DNA from: Spirochaetia bacterium
Lineage (GTDB): Bacteria > Spirochaetota > Spirochaetia > SZUA-6 > Bin103
Direction: 5' to 3'
Length of the DNA: 64,000 bases
NCBI GenBank assembly: GCA_965208575.1
Contig: CBDBOV010000001.1
Span: 96,001-160,000, forward strand
Below are positions 20,430 through 29,708 of the stretch, piece by piece. The notes beneath the pieces were generated by a model. That model was not told where the DNA came from. It did no database searches and saw nothing but the letters and a program-made list of their open reading frames with translations. The number at the start of each line of letters is the position of its first letter. Position 1 is the first letter of the stretch. Position numbers and translations under genes: made by a program.

Positions 20430-21260
20430 GTGTTGGGGTGGTACGGCGGCGCCGCCGCGGGGGCGGTCGTGGCGGCGGGTGAGGAGGGCGCGGGGCGGTT
20501 CATCCTGAACTGCGAACCGTCCGCGGGGGTGGAGGGCGACTGGACCTTCGAGGACGCCGTGGCGGCCGGGGTGGTGTCGCGTGCGGCGGCGCGGGCGGAA
20601 GTGGACCTGCGGCGGCCCGACTGGCCGGTCCGGGACCAGGGCTCCACCGGCGCCTGCGTGGGCTTTGCCGCGGCCGACGGCGTGCTGCATTGGCACTACT
20701 GGAAGGCGGGCCTGCTGGCGCCCGGCGAGCGCCCGTCGCCGCGCTTCATCTGGATGGCGAACAAGGAGACCGACCGTATCAACGACTATCCCACCACCTT
20801 CATCGAGTCGGCCGGCACGCAGACCAAGCTGGCGCTGCGGGTGGCCCGTCGCTACGGCTGCGTGCCGGACAGCGTGCTGCCGATGGACGGCGCCCTGAGC
20901 CCGATGCGGGCGGCGGCGTTCTACACCATGGCGGCCAGGTACCGGATCGCCAGCTATCACAACCTGCGCCGCAACCGCACCGCGTGGCGCCGCTGGCTGT
21001 CCAACCAGGGCCCGATCCTGGCGCGGGTGGAGGTGGACCGCACCTTTCGGCAGGCGGCCCGCACGCGCGGCGAGCTGGCGCTGTTCCGTGCAGGCGACGA
21101 ACCGGGCGGCGGCCACGCCGTCTGCCTGGTGGGCTACACGGCGAACACCTTCATCGTGCGCAACAGTTGGGGAACCGGCTGGGGCGACAACGGTTTCGCC
21201 TACGCCTCCGAGGAATACGCCGACCGCGCCATCACCGAGGCGTACGGCGCGGTACTGTAG
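20430..21260 (+). CDS. C1 (papain) family cysteine peptidase
   Basis: VRDQGSTGACVGFA (Gln/Cys), GGHAVCLVGY (His), VRNSWGTGWGDNG (Asn). Confidence 0.92.
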   Translation: MLGWYGGAAAGAVVAAGEEGAGRFILNCEPSAGVEGDWTFEDAVAAGVVSRAAARAEVDLRRPDWPVRDQGSTGACVGFAAADGVLHWHYWKAGLLAPGERPSPRFIWMANKETDRINDYPTTFIESAGTQTKLALRVARRYGCVPDSVLPMDGALSPMRAAAFYTMAARYRIASYHNLRRNRTAWRRWLSNQGPILARVEVDRTFRQAARTRGELALFRAGDEPGGGHAVCLVGYTANTFIVRNSWGTGWGDNGFAYASEEYADRAITEAYGAVL

Positions 21261-21419
21261 CCGCGCGGCGCCGCGCTGCCCGCTCGTAACCGCTGCGAAT
21301 TTGCATGGACCCGACTCGAACGTGCGCTCATTCTCGTTCTCGATCGCGGCCTGATGGGCGCGCGGGACAGCCGCACGGCAGTGGCCGCGGAACCGGCCAG
21401 GCGGAACTAATGACCGGTC

Positions 21420-23372
21420 ATGGCGATGGCGAAACGCAATTCCGGCGCCGGTAGCCACCGGTCACGGCAGGCCGCGAGCGCGGCCGACCGACCTGGTGCG
21501 CCCGGCTCGCGGCCGGCCGCGCCGCAGTCCGCCGCATCGCAGTCCGCCGCATCGCAGTCCGCCGCATCGCAGTCCGCCGCATCGCAGTCCGCCACATCGC
21601 AGTCCGCCACATCGCAGTCCGCCACATCGCAGTCCGCCACATCGCAGTCCGCCACATCGCAGTCCGCCACATCGCAGTCCGCCACATCGCAGTCCGCCGC
21701 GCCGCAGTCCGCCACGCCGCGGCGCCACCTGCCGTCGCCGCGCGCGCCGATCGCGGGGCTGGTGGAGGCGCTGACCCATGCGCGCACCCCGGACCAGCCG
21801 GCATGGAAGCTGATGCCGCTGGTGCTGGCGCTGGCGTTCGCGGGGCGCGCGACGGTCGCCCTGAGCGGCGACTTCGTGCTGCACCCGGACGAGATCATGC
21901 AATACCTGGAGCCGGCGCACCGGCTGGCGTTCGGTAACGGCGTCGTCTACTGGGAGTATTTCTACGGTGCGCGCTCCTGGCTGATACCGGGCGCCGTGGC
22001 CGGCGTGCTCAAGCTGTTCGACCTGGTCGGCCTCGGGCAGCCGTGGTGGTACGTGGCCGGCGTCAAGCTGATGTTCTGCGTGCTGTCGCTGGCGATTCCG
22101 GCCGGCATGTACGTGTTCGCGCGCCGCCACTTCGGCGAGACCGCGGCGCGGGTGGCCCTGGTGGCCGGTGCCTTCTGGTACGAGCTGGCCGGCTTCGCGC
22201 ACAAGCCGCTGACCGAGTTCGTAGCCACCGCACCACTCATGGGGCTGCTGGCGCTGTGCGTGCGGCCCGCGACCGACCGCCCGCGCGTCGCCGCCTGGCA
22301 GGCCGCGACGCTCGCCGTGCTGGCAGGCGCGATCCGCATGCAGTACGCGCCCGTCGCCCTGGTGCTCCTGGCCGTCGTGTTCCTGCGCACCCGGCACAAG
22401 CTGCTGCTCGCCGGTACCGCCGCGGCCCTGACCTTCGCGGTCGGGATCTTCGATGCCGTTACCTGGGACAGCGGCCTGTTTCACTCCTACCTCACCAACC
22501 TGCGCTTCAACCTGGCCGACGGCGGCAACCTGTCCGGCCAGGTTCCGTTCCATCGGCTTCCCTGGTGGTTCGCGCTCGCCGGCGGGGGCGTGAGCGTGCT
22601 GTGCCTCGCCGGGGCGCTGCGCTCGCCGCGGCGGTACGGGTTGCTGTTCGGGCTGACCGCCCTGGTGGTGCTGATCCACTCGCTGCCGGCGCACAAGGAA
22701 CTGCGCTTCATTTTCGTCGTCGTGCCCTTGTGGCTGCTGATCGGCGCCGACCTGGCGGCACGCGCGGCGGCATGGGTCGGGGCGCGCGCGCCGGCCCGCC
22801 CCGCCGCGGCGCGCTGGACGATGGCGGCCGCGGGCACGCTGTTTGCGGTGGTGTCGATTGCCGGGATGCTGAAAGCGCTGCCCGCCCAGACGCTGGCGTA
22901 TCCGGCATGGGCGAGCGAAGCCGGCAATGACCGCTTCCTGTACGGCCAGGACGAGGCGTTCGCCGCTTACCGCTACCTGGCGCGTGCGCCCGGCGTGGAA
23001 GCGGTATGGCACCTGGACCGGCCCTACTTTACCACTCCCGGCTACTACTACCTGCACCGCGCAATACCGTGGTACGACAGCGCAAGCGGCGGCCTCATCG
23101 ACTGGAGCATGGCGACGGTGTCCGCGTCAGTGAGCCACCTGGTGTTCACGCGCCGCGACCTGACCGTGCCCGGCTACTCGCTGGAACGGGAGTTCGGTGA
23201 CATCCTCATTCTGCGCCGGGACGCCGCCGGGCCGCCGGTGCGCCGCTGGCGGCAATACGCCCCGGTCATCGTCTTCCCGGTGGTCTGGGACGTCATGCCG
23301 CGGGTGGACGCCGACGCGCCCGCGCCGCCGGCGAACTTCGCCATCGACTTCGCCGCCGGAGGCAACCGGTGA
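21420..23372 (+). CDS. GT22/PIG-B-like (GT-C) mannosyltransferase
   Basis: HPDEIMQYLEPAH, WEY..GARSW and AHKELRFIF motifs typical of the Alg9/PIG-B family; many TM segments. Confidence 0.8.
   Translation: MAMAKRNSGAGSHRSRQAASAADRPGAPGSRPAAPQSAASQSAASQSAASQSAASQSATSQSATSQSATSQSATSQSATSQSATSQSATSQSAAPQSATPRRHLPSPRAPIAGLVEALTHARTPDQPAWKLMPLVLALAFAGRATVALSGDFVLHPDEIMQYLEPAHRLAFGNGVVYWEYFYGARSWLIPGAVAGVLKLFDLVGLGQPWWYVAGVKLMFCVLSLAIPAGMYVFARRHFGETAARVALVAGAFWYELAGFAHKPLTEFVATAPLMGLLALCVRPATDRPRVAAWQAATLAVLAGAIRMQYAPVALVLLAVVFLRTRHKLLLAGTAAALTFAVGIFDAVTWDSGLFHSYLTNLRFNLADGGNLSGQVPFHRLPWWFALAGGGVSVLCLAGALRSPRRYGLLFGLTALVVLIHSLPAHKELRFIFVVVPLWLLIGADLAARAAAWVGARAPARPAAARWTMAAAGTLFAVVSIAGMLKALPAQTLAYPAWASEAGNDRFLYGQDEAFAAYRYLARAPGVEAVWHLDRPYFTTPGYYYLHRAIPWYDSASGGLIDWSMATVSASVSHLVFTRRDLTVPGYSLEREFGDILILRRDAAGPPVRRWRQYAPVIVFPVVWDVMPRVDADAPAPPANFAIDFAAGGNR
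21525..21719 (+). repeat. 15-bp in-frame VNTR, 13 copies (QSA[A/T][S/P])
   Basis: cagtccgcc(g/a)catcg repeated, seen directly. Confidence 0.97.
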
Positions 23373-25219
23373 GCTGCGCGCCGCCGGATGGTTCGCCCCG
23401 TAGCGGCGGCGGCAGCCGGGACGCGGGCGCCGCGGCCAACACGCCACCGCGGTCACCCTGCGCTGCCGGGGCGCGTCCGGCGGTGTCGCCGGCGCAGTGG
23501 CTGTGCGGCGCCGCGGTCGCCGCGGTTGCGGTGCTCGCGGTGCTGCACATGGCCTCGGTGGTCAGCGAGTTCCAGGCCACCGCCGGGCTGCACCGCTGGT
23601 TCATGACCTACGCCGAGGGCTATCACCGCCGCGGGCTGATCGGAACCGTCTTTCAGTTCCTGGCCGGCCATCGGCCGCGGGAGGAGCAGATCGCGCTCGC
23701 ATCCGGGATATCCGCGGCCGGCACCTACGCGTGGCTGATCGGCACGCTCGCCGTGTTCGTGATTGCCGCCGCCAAGTCGCGCGACCGTGCGCTCGGCGGC
23801 GCGGCGGTGGCGTTCGCCGCCTTCGCCTTCATCAACCCGATGTGGACGACGCGCGCCTACGACAACGGCTACCTCGACTGCCTGCCAGGCATCGCCGTGG
23901 TTGTGGCGCTGGCGGCCTACGCCGGCAAGCGTCCCGTGCTGTCCGGGGCCGTGGCCGCCGTCAGCGTCGTCGCCTACTGGGGAACGATCTTCGTGTGGCT
24001 GCCGCTTGGGTTCCTGGTCGCCTGCGTACTCTGGCGTGACGCGGCGGCGGGCGCCGGCGGGAAGCGTGCGGCGGCGCGGCGGTTGCTCGCCGCGGTGCGG
24101 CGCCGGGAAGCGTTGTCGCTGCTGCTGCCGGTGGCGGCGGCCCTCCTGTCGGCGCTGTTGAACGACACCGACGCCGCGATCGCGGAGCTGGAGCGCATCG
24201 GCGGACAGCAGAACATCATCGAACAGACGTTCCGCAGCGGCTGGAGTGCCCTGGTGGACCAGGTCCGGTGGTTGCTGGTGGGCTGGCGCACCTACCTGGC
24301 GCTGGCCGCGGTGTACGTCGCGCCGCCGGCCGTGTGCGCCGGCCTGTGGGTCGGCGTCATGCGCCGCCGCGGCTACGCCCTGTTCGGCCGCGCCTGGCGG
24401 GATGCCGGGGCCGCCGTGCTGGCGACGATCGCGCCGGTGTCGTTCCTGCTGGTGGCCTTCGACCTGGCGCGGCTGATGGCGTGGAGCTATCTCGCGTTCG
24501 CGGTAGTGGCGGTGTTCTGGCTGACCGCGGCCCGCGCCGACCCGTCCGCGGCGCGGCCGGCGCGGCGGGTGTGGCCATGGATGGCGGCCCCGCTGATGCT
24601 GGCGGCACTGTTCTGGACGACCCCGACCATCTATGCCTGGGTGGACATGAGCCACCTGGTCCGTTGCGAGCGGTTCTGCTTCAAGGAACGGACGCCGCAG
24701 GGCCGCCTCCTGGACCTGTACCGGCGCCGCGCCGTCTCCTCTCCCATCTGGGAGATCACCGCCCGCGGCAGCGTCCTGCCGGCCTGGACCGGACACAACG
24801 AGAGATCCTCGGCCGAGGAACCCTGGCGCCGCGTGGCGCGCGCCGGCCGCGACCAACCCGGCAACCTGATGATGATCGACTACGAGATCGAGCACCTGGA
24901 TGCGACGGTGCTCGCGCCGGCGCAGGCCAAGCGCGCGATCATCGGCGCCGGACCGCACCGGATCGCGATCTCCTACCGGGCCACGGACACCGAGCACGCC
25001 AACGCGGAGACCCGCTTCTTCATCTCCAGCAGCACCCTCGACCACATGTACCAGGTGCTGGGCGCGCCGCTGCCCGCGTCGCAGACCGTGTATGCCGCCA
25101 CGATTACGCCGCCGCCGCGGCTGGCCGGCAACCTGTTCGTATGGACGGTTGTCTACGACGGCACGGGCGTGTTCGAGCTGCACGAAGTCTCATTCGTCAA
25201 GGTGGGCCGGGAGCGGTGA
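23369..25219 (+). CDS. Polytopic membrane protein with C-terminal soluble domain (possible GT-C)
   Basis: Start overlaps the upstream stop (GTGA); YAEGYHRRGLIGT, DNGYLD and AFDLARL motifs; about 10 TM segments. Confidence 0.6.
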   Translation: MSCAPPDGSPRSGGGSRDAGAAANTPPRSPCAAGARPAVSPAQWLCGAAVAAVAVLAVLHMASVVSEFQATAGLHRWFMTYAEGYHRRGLIGTVFQFLAGHRPREEQIALASGISAAGTYAWLIGTLAVFVIAAAKSRDRALGGAAVAFAAFAFINPMWTTRAYDNGYLDCLPGIAVVVALAAYAGKRPVLSGAVAAVSVVAYWGTIFVWLPLGFLVACVLWRDAAAGAGGKRAAARRLLAAVRRREALSLLLPVAAALLSALLNDTDAAIAELERIGGQQNIIEQTFRSGWSALVDQVRWLLVGWRTYLALAAVYVAPPAVCAGLWVGVMRRRGYALFGRAWRDAGAAVLATIAPVSFLLVAFDLARLMAWSYLAFAVVAVFWLTAARADPSAARPARRVWPWMAAPLMLAALFWTTPTIYAWVDMSHLVRCERFCFKERTPQGRLLDLYRRRAVSSPIWEITARGSVLPAWTGHNERSSAEEPWRRVARAGRDQPGNLMMIDYEIEHLDATVLAPAQAKRAIIGAGPHRIAISYRATDTEHANAETRFFISSSTLDHMYQVLGAPLPASQTVYAATITPPPRLAGNLFVWTVVYDGTGVFELHEVSFVKVGRER

Positions 25220-25400
25220 TGCAGCGGTGACGACCGGCGGCGCCGCGCCGCGCGCCGGTCCGGCTCTGCCGGTGCGGGTGGCGGACACGCGCCGGAGGCC
25301 GGCTCTCGCGGCAGGTTCGAAGTCGGTGCGGGAACCACAGACCAGTTCAGTCCGTCCGCCGTCGGGCGAGAGGAACTTTCCGCCGGTCGCACCGGATCCA

Positions 25401-25667
25401 CTACGCTGCGCGTTGACGGCGGCGCTCCTGGTCGAGGTCGAAGTAGGCTTGGCGGCGCAGCCAGAACCTGGCGTTGCTCCAGCCGATACGTTCCAAGGCA
25501 ATGGCCATCGCCGGAGAAATGCCGATGCGGCCGTTCAGCAGGCGGGACAGGTGCTCGCGCGGAGTCCCCAGACGCCGCGCGCACTCGGTGACGGTCCAGC
25601 CCATTGCCTCGATGCTGTCCCGAATGCTCGCGCCCGGATGAGTCAAAGGCATTTCCCTACCGGCCAT
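25401..25667 (-). CDS. higA: HigA/VapI-family HTH antitoxin
   Basis: RBS gaaggagg; HPGASIRD, LGTPREHLSRLLNGRIGISPAMAIALE, FWLRRQ. Confidence 0.92.
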   Translation of the reverse strand: MAGREMPLTHPGASIRDSIEAMGWTVTECARRLGTPREHLSRLLNGRIGISPAMAIALERIGWSNARFWLRRQAYFDLDQERRRQRAA

Positions 25668-25678
25668 TGTGGCCTCCT

Positions 25679-25951
25679 TCAGTGGTAGTCGACCAACTCC
25701 ACATCCACCGCCTCGCTGGCGATGAATCGGAACACGATGCGCCAATTGCCGGACACCCGCACGCTCCAAAGACCGTGTTGAGCACCCTTCATGGCATGCA
25801 GCCGGTAGCCGGGGAGACGCATGTCATGGGGTGACTCTGCCGCATCCAGATCAGACAGAATGCGTTCGATACGAGGTACATGGTCGGCGTTCAGCAGGCG
25901 TGCGTCGTGCCGCTCGAACAACGCCCGGAGTCCCTTGTGGGCGAAGTCCAT
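25679..25951 (-). CDS. higB: HigB/RelE-family toxin
   Basis: FAHKGLRALFE, PGYRLHAMKG, WSVRVSGNWRIVFRF, DVELVDYH. Confidence 0.93.
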   Translation of the reverse strand: MDFAHKGLRALFERHDARLLNADHVPRIERILSDLDAAESPHDMRLPGYRLHAMKGAQHGLWSVRVSGNWRIVFRFIASEAVDVELVDYH

Positions 25952-25961
25952 CGCGGCCTGC

Positions 25962-25990
25962 AGTGTGACATATCATGTCACGTTCCGCAA
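25962..25990 (-). promoter_or_regulatory. higBA promoter with operator palindrome
   Basis: Minus strand TTGCGG-N17-CACACT; perfect inverted repeat GTGACAT-atc-ATGTCAC at 25965-25981. Confidence 0.75.
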
Positions 25991-26134
25991 GCAAGTGGTC
26001 AGCCTCGGCTCGACCATCCGGACGGTGCAGCCTGTCGGCCACCCTGCCGAGCATCCTTGTAGGCGATCCGACGTGCCTCGTCCGGCGTCGCCGGGCAGAC
26101 GTGTCCGATCACCACGCGCTTGTTGCCGATGATG

Positions 26135-26187
26135 CCTGGTGAGCAGGGCGAAGCGCGACTCCACCTCGCGGCGCTCGATGGCATTCA
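26135..26187 (-). pseudogene. Tyrosine integrase fragment 1
   Basis: NAIERREVESRFALLT matches the copy at 47990-48040. Confidence 0.8.
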
Positions 26188-26354
26188 ATCGACACGCTCC
26201 GAGCCGACGTGGCCGAAGTGCGTCGCGACCTTCACGTACCGAGCGACCGCGTGGCGCGCATTGAGGGCGCGTTGACCGGTCCCTGGCGACCGCAGACGAA
26301 CGGCGGCACGTCGAATCCCGTAGCGCCCCCGGCGCCGCCAGCGAAGTCCCATAA
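26188..26354 (+). pseudogene. 3' half of the small TM/coiled-coil gene
   Basis: IDTLRADVAEVRRDLH..RVARIEGALTGPW, near-identical to 58057-58224. Confidence 0.85.
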
Positions 26355-26427
26355 TACGCCCGGTGTCAAGGCGGCGCCCACGAACAACTTGTACATGGCA
26401 AGCATCTTGTAGCGCCTCCGTGTCTCC

Positions 26428-26637
26428 TCAGCCGCGGCCCGACAGCGCCTGTTCCAAGCGCCGGAAACCATCCATGAGTTGCTGGTGCAGCACCTCGGCA
26501 CGGCGCGTCTGGTTGGCGGCCTGTTCGCGTTGCGCCGCCACCTGCTCCCGTTGGGCCGCCACCTGGGCGCGTTGCTCGGCTACCTGATGCTTCAGCAGGT
26601 CCCTGATCTCCGTCAGCAACTCTGCAACCTGATCCAT
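26428..26637 (-). CDS. Small coiled-coil hypothetical protein
   Basis: RBS aaggagg; heptad repeats QVAAQRE. Confidence 0.65.
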   Translation of the reverse strand: MDQVAELLTEIRDLLKHQVAEQRAQVAAQREQVAAQREQAANQTRRAEVLHQQLMDGFRRLEQALSGRG

Positions 26638-27128
26638 TTGTCTCGTCCTCCTTGACGGTTCAATCGTGCAACATTCAAGTCCGAGCGGTCAAGAAGAGCC
26701 TCTTTTGCGTATCCGTCGGTGGCTGCGAGCCCCTTGACGGAACTCAACGGCGCCCGCAGCTCGTGGCTCACCATGCCAAGAAACTCCGCCCGCTCGCGCT
26801 CCAACTCCTGCAACGGCCGCAGGTCCTGCATGGTCACGACCACCGACGCGACCGCGCCGCCCCGGCCCGCTATGGGCGTCACGTTGATCAGAATGGAGAT
26901 GGTTCGACCATCGCGCACCGACAACACTACCTCCTCGGCTCGGAGCGGGGCGGCGTTGCTCAGGCACGCCGCCAGCGGGAACTCGTTGAGTGCGATCTCC
27001 TGACCGTCGGCGAGCCGGAAGGTCACCGTCTGCAGCAGTTCTTCCACGGTCTCCGCCGCACCGCTCAGGCTCGATATGCGGTTGCGCAGCGCCTCGATCT
27101 CCCTCATGAGTTCATCCGGACTCTTCAA
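26613..27128 (-). pseudogene. PAS-HisKA histidine kinase remnant
   Basis: ILINVTPI..VVVTMQDL and H-box EFLGMVSHELRAPLSSVKG, then abrupt loss of the HATPase domain. Confidence 0.8.
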
Positions 27129-27329
27129 TCAATCCTCCCGTGCACGGAGGTGTCCACACAAAAAGTACGCAATCTCCCCGTTTGTGCACACTTATTCAAC
27201 TACTTGGCCCCGAATAAGCGTGCCAAAGTGCGCGTTCATACTATGTTGCCGTATTGTCCACACGGGGATCATGAGTGAGATTTTGGACACTGTTCACAAT
27301 CAGGCGGCGCGCTCACCTTCCCCGACCGG

Positions 27330-28553
27330 TTACAGCACGCGCCACCACGGCGCCGCGAGCACGTCGGGCGCCAACCATTCGAGCGCGGCTCCGGCGTGCA
27401 GCAACAGTCCGGAGCGGGCGGCTGCTCCATATTCCGCCCGGAAGGCACGCAGGTTCACCGTGTCACGCAGGCGCGGACGAGTGGTTGTCTTCACCTCGAT
27501 CGGCAACAGCCGCCCTGCGGTCTCGATGACGAAGTCCACCTCGACGCCTGTCGTCGTGCGCCAATACATGAGGTCGGCGGGAGGCAGCCGCGCGTCCCGC
27601 CAACACAGGAGGTCGTGCAGCACGATGTTCTCCAGGTGGGCGCCGCCGGGCTCCTCCTGCTGAGCGAGGTGCAGCGCCAGGCCGGTATCGCTCCAGTAGA
27701 GCTTCGGCAGCTTGCTGACCCGCTTGCCGCGATTGGGCGCATACGCGGGAAGGCGAACGAGCAGATACGACGTTTCGAGCAGGTTGAGGTAGCGGTGCAC
27801 CGTGGTTTGCGGCAGGGAAACGTCTCGGCCCAGCCTGGTCTGATTCACGACTTGGCCCAATTGCAGGCATGCGGCGCGCACGAGGCGGCGAAAGTCCGGC
27901 AGCGCGGTGATCGCCGACAGCCCCTGAAGGTCGCGTTCGAGGTAGGTCTGCACGTACCCGTCGAACCAGATGCGCCTCTGCAGGTCCGTTTCCTGGTGGA
28001 CGGCGGGGACCGGGAAGCCGCCCCGCCGCGCCAGACTCCGCCAGTCCTCCGGCCCGCCTTGCTGCGCCGCCACGAGGTCGAGCCACTGGTCATCGCAGGC
28101 ACCCACGAGCTGTTCCCAGATCCCGCCGCTGCCAAGCCCCCGCTGCTCGCGGCGCGTCATCGGCCACAGACTCAGATAGCTCGCGCGCCCTGCCAACGAC
28201 TCGGAAACCCGTCGCATGAGCAGCAGATTCGCCGATCCCGTCAGGAGGAACCGGCCCGGTTGCCGCTGCCGGTCGATCACGCGCTTCACGGCGTGGAGCA
28301 GGTCGGGATGGCGCTGCACCTCGTCGATGGTCAACGGCTGGTCGCCGCCCACGAGTGCGTCCGGATCGCGCCGGGCGGCGTCGATCGCGTCCAGGTCATC
28401 CAGGGAGACATAGCGCCGGTCGCCCAGCGTCCTGTCTCCCGCCAGCGTGCTCTTGCCGGTCTGGCGCGCGCCCGTCACCACGGCCGCGGGCATCGCCCGA
28501 AGGCGCTCCGCGAGGCTCGGTCCGGCAAGGCGCGGGAGGTGCAATCCATTCAC
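27330..28553 (-). CDS. AAA_14 ATPase with DUF4143 C-terminal domain
   Basis: Walker A GARQTGKS, IDEVQR, LLTGSA, ESLAGR, GGFP, KLYWSDTGL, EVDFVIE..PIEVK. Likely start GTG 28553. Confidence 0.92.
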   Translation of the reverse strand: MNGLHLPRLAGPSLAERLRAMPAAVVTGARQTGKSTLAGDRTLGDRRYVSLDDLDAIDAARRDPDALVGGDQPLTIDEVQRHPDLLHAVKRVIDRQRQPGRFLLTGSANLLLMRRVSESLAGRASYLSLWPMTRREQRGLGSGGIWEQLVGACDDQWLDLVAAQQGGPEDWRSLARRGGFPVPAVHQETDLQRRIWFDGYVQTYLERDLQGLSAITALPDFRRLVRAACLQLGQVVNQTRLGRDVSLPQTTVHRYLNLLETSYLLVRLPAYAPNRGKRVSKLPKLYWSDTGLALHLAQQEEPGGAHLENIVLHDLLCWRDARLPPADLMYWRTTTGVEVDFVIETAGRLLPIEVKTTTRPRLRDTVNLRAFRAEYGAAARSGLLLHAGAALEWLAPDVLAAPWWRVL

Positions 28554-28585
28554 GCTATGAATGATAATCATTCACGCCGTGAATG
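28547..28585. promoter_or_regulatory. Tandem palindromic operator over the AAA_14 promoter and start
   Basis: CATTCA-cgcta-TGAATG (28547-28563) and CATTCAC-gcc-GTGAATG (28569-28585), 22-bp period; minus-strand TATCAT lies between them. Confidence 0.7.
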
Positions 28586-28747
28586 AACATCACCGGGACA
28601 GTGCACACGGCCGCGCAAGCGACGGTCGCCAGTGGCCGCACCCGGGCTCGGTTCCGCACATCCACTGCCGGCACCTTGGCTCGCGCTCGGTACCGAAACC
28701 ACGCCAGTGCGACGACGTGACTGCGGCCGGAGGCCGCCTGCTTGGTT

Positions 28748-28806
28748 GCGCGAACGGCACGACGTGGTCGACCTCCAGCCGATAGCGGGAACCGCAGCGA
28801 CGCCCG
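28748..28806 (-). pseudogene. HNH endonuclease fragment
   Basis: GRRCGSRYRLEVDHVVPFA closely matches GRRCGSCYRLEIDHIVPFA in 5195-7078. Confidence 0.8.
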
Positions 28807-29165
28807 CTACTCGGCGAACCCTTTGCTGATGGCGACATTCACCGAAGAGGTTGGATACGCACAGCCGCGGTTGCCGTCTACCCAGCAGTCCTCCGAATAC
28901 TCCGGTTCCGTGAGCACAACCATATTGAAGCTGCCGAGTACCCAGGTAGGCCCCCAGTAGTAGCCGAGCCACGGCTCGCCCCTCTCGTATGCCGTGCTCA
29001 AGGAAGCGATCAATGCCGGGGCGTTCTCGGGGCGGAAGTTGGTGAAGGACGTATCCAATCCATAGGTCGCCAACTTGTCGGTGTTGATCTGCTCGCACTG
29101 CCAGCCGGCGATACAGTTGTGGTAGACACCTGGGCCGGGCTGCTCGGGATCCTGGAAAACGCTGG
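28807..29165 (-). pseudogene. Glycine betaine ABC substrate-binding protein (ProX/OpuAC-like) internal fragment
   Basis: VFQDPEQPG..NCIAGWQCE..YERGEPWLGYYWGPTW; both ends of the gene are missing. Confidence 0.8.
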
Positions 29166-29414
29166 CATGCCGGGGCTAGATGTCTTGGTGATATGCCATG
29201 ATACGGAGCGGTTTAGAGAAAGAGCTCCTATCGAAGTTGATCTGCGCAGAATCAGTATAGATTGCGTCGATGAAAGCATTCGCGCTGGACGGGACTTGGT
29301 GATTTGGGCAGTGCCGCCGCCCCAGGGAGCGGTCAACCGGCACGGTTGCTGCGGAGTCTGCTATCTCCGCACGGCCGGCAATCCGGACGGCGCCGCCATG
29401 TTCGAAGCCGCACC

Positions 29415-29642
29415 GTGAGCGCCGAGGCCGTAGCCATCGTCGGCGTTGGCGTGGCGCTGCTGGCCGTGCTGGTGCCCCTGCTGCTGACCGTGGCGGCCCG
29501 CTTGCAGCGGCGCATTGACACCCTGGCGGCCGAACTGGCGTCGGCGCACACCGAGCTACGCGCCGACGTGGCCGAGGTGCGCCGCGACCTGCAAGCCCGG
29601 TCGAACTCGTGGCCTCACCAGCCGTCGTTCGATGGCGGCTAG
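29415..29642 (+). pseudogene. Small TM/coiled-coil gene, 3'-truncated copy of 52380-52697
   Basis: VSAEAVAIVGVGVALLAVLVPLLL..ADVAEVRRDL; the upstream ~35 bp is also shared. Confidence 0.8.
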
Positions 29643-29708
29643 CGTCGGGCGGCGCCTTCGTCGCGCTGTCGAGGTGCAGAGTAAGTGAGGAGTACGTCGA
29701 GCGTCCGT

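Noticed and set aside
21525-21719. CRISPR array (also considered for 7933-8111 and 6120-6630)
   Set aside because: Contiguous tandem units without unique spacers, in-frame periods, and no cas genes.
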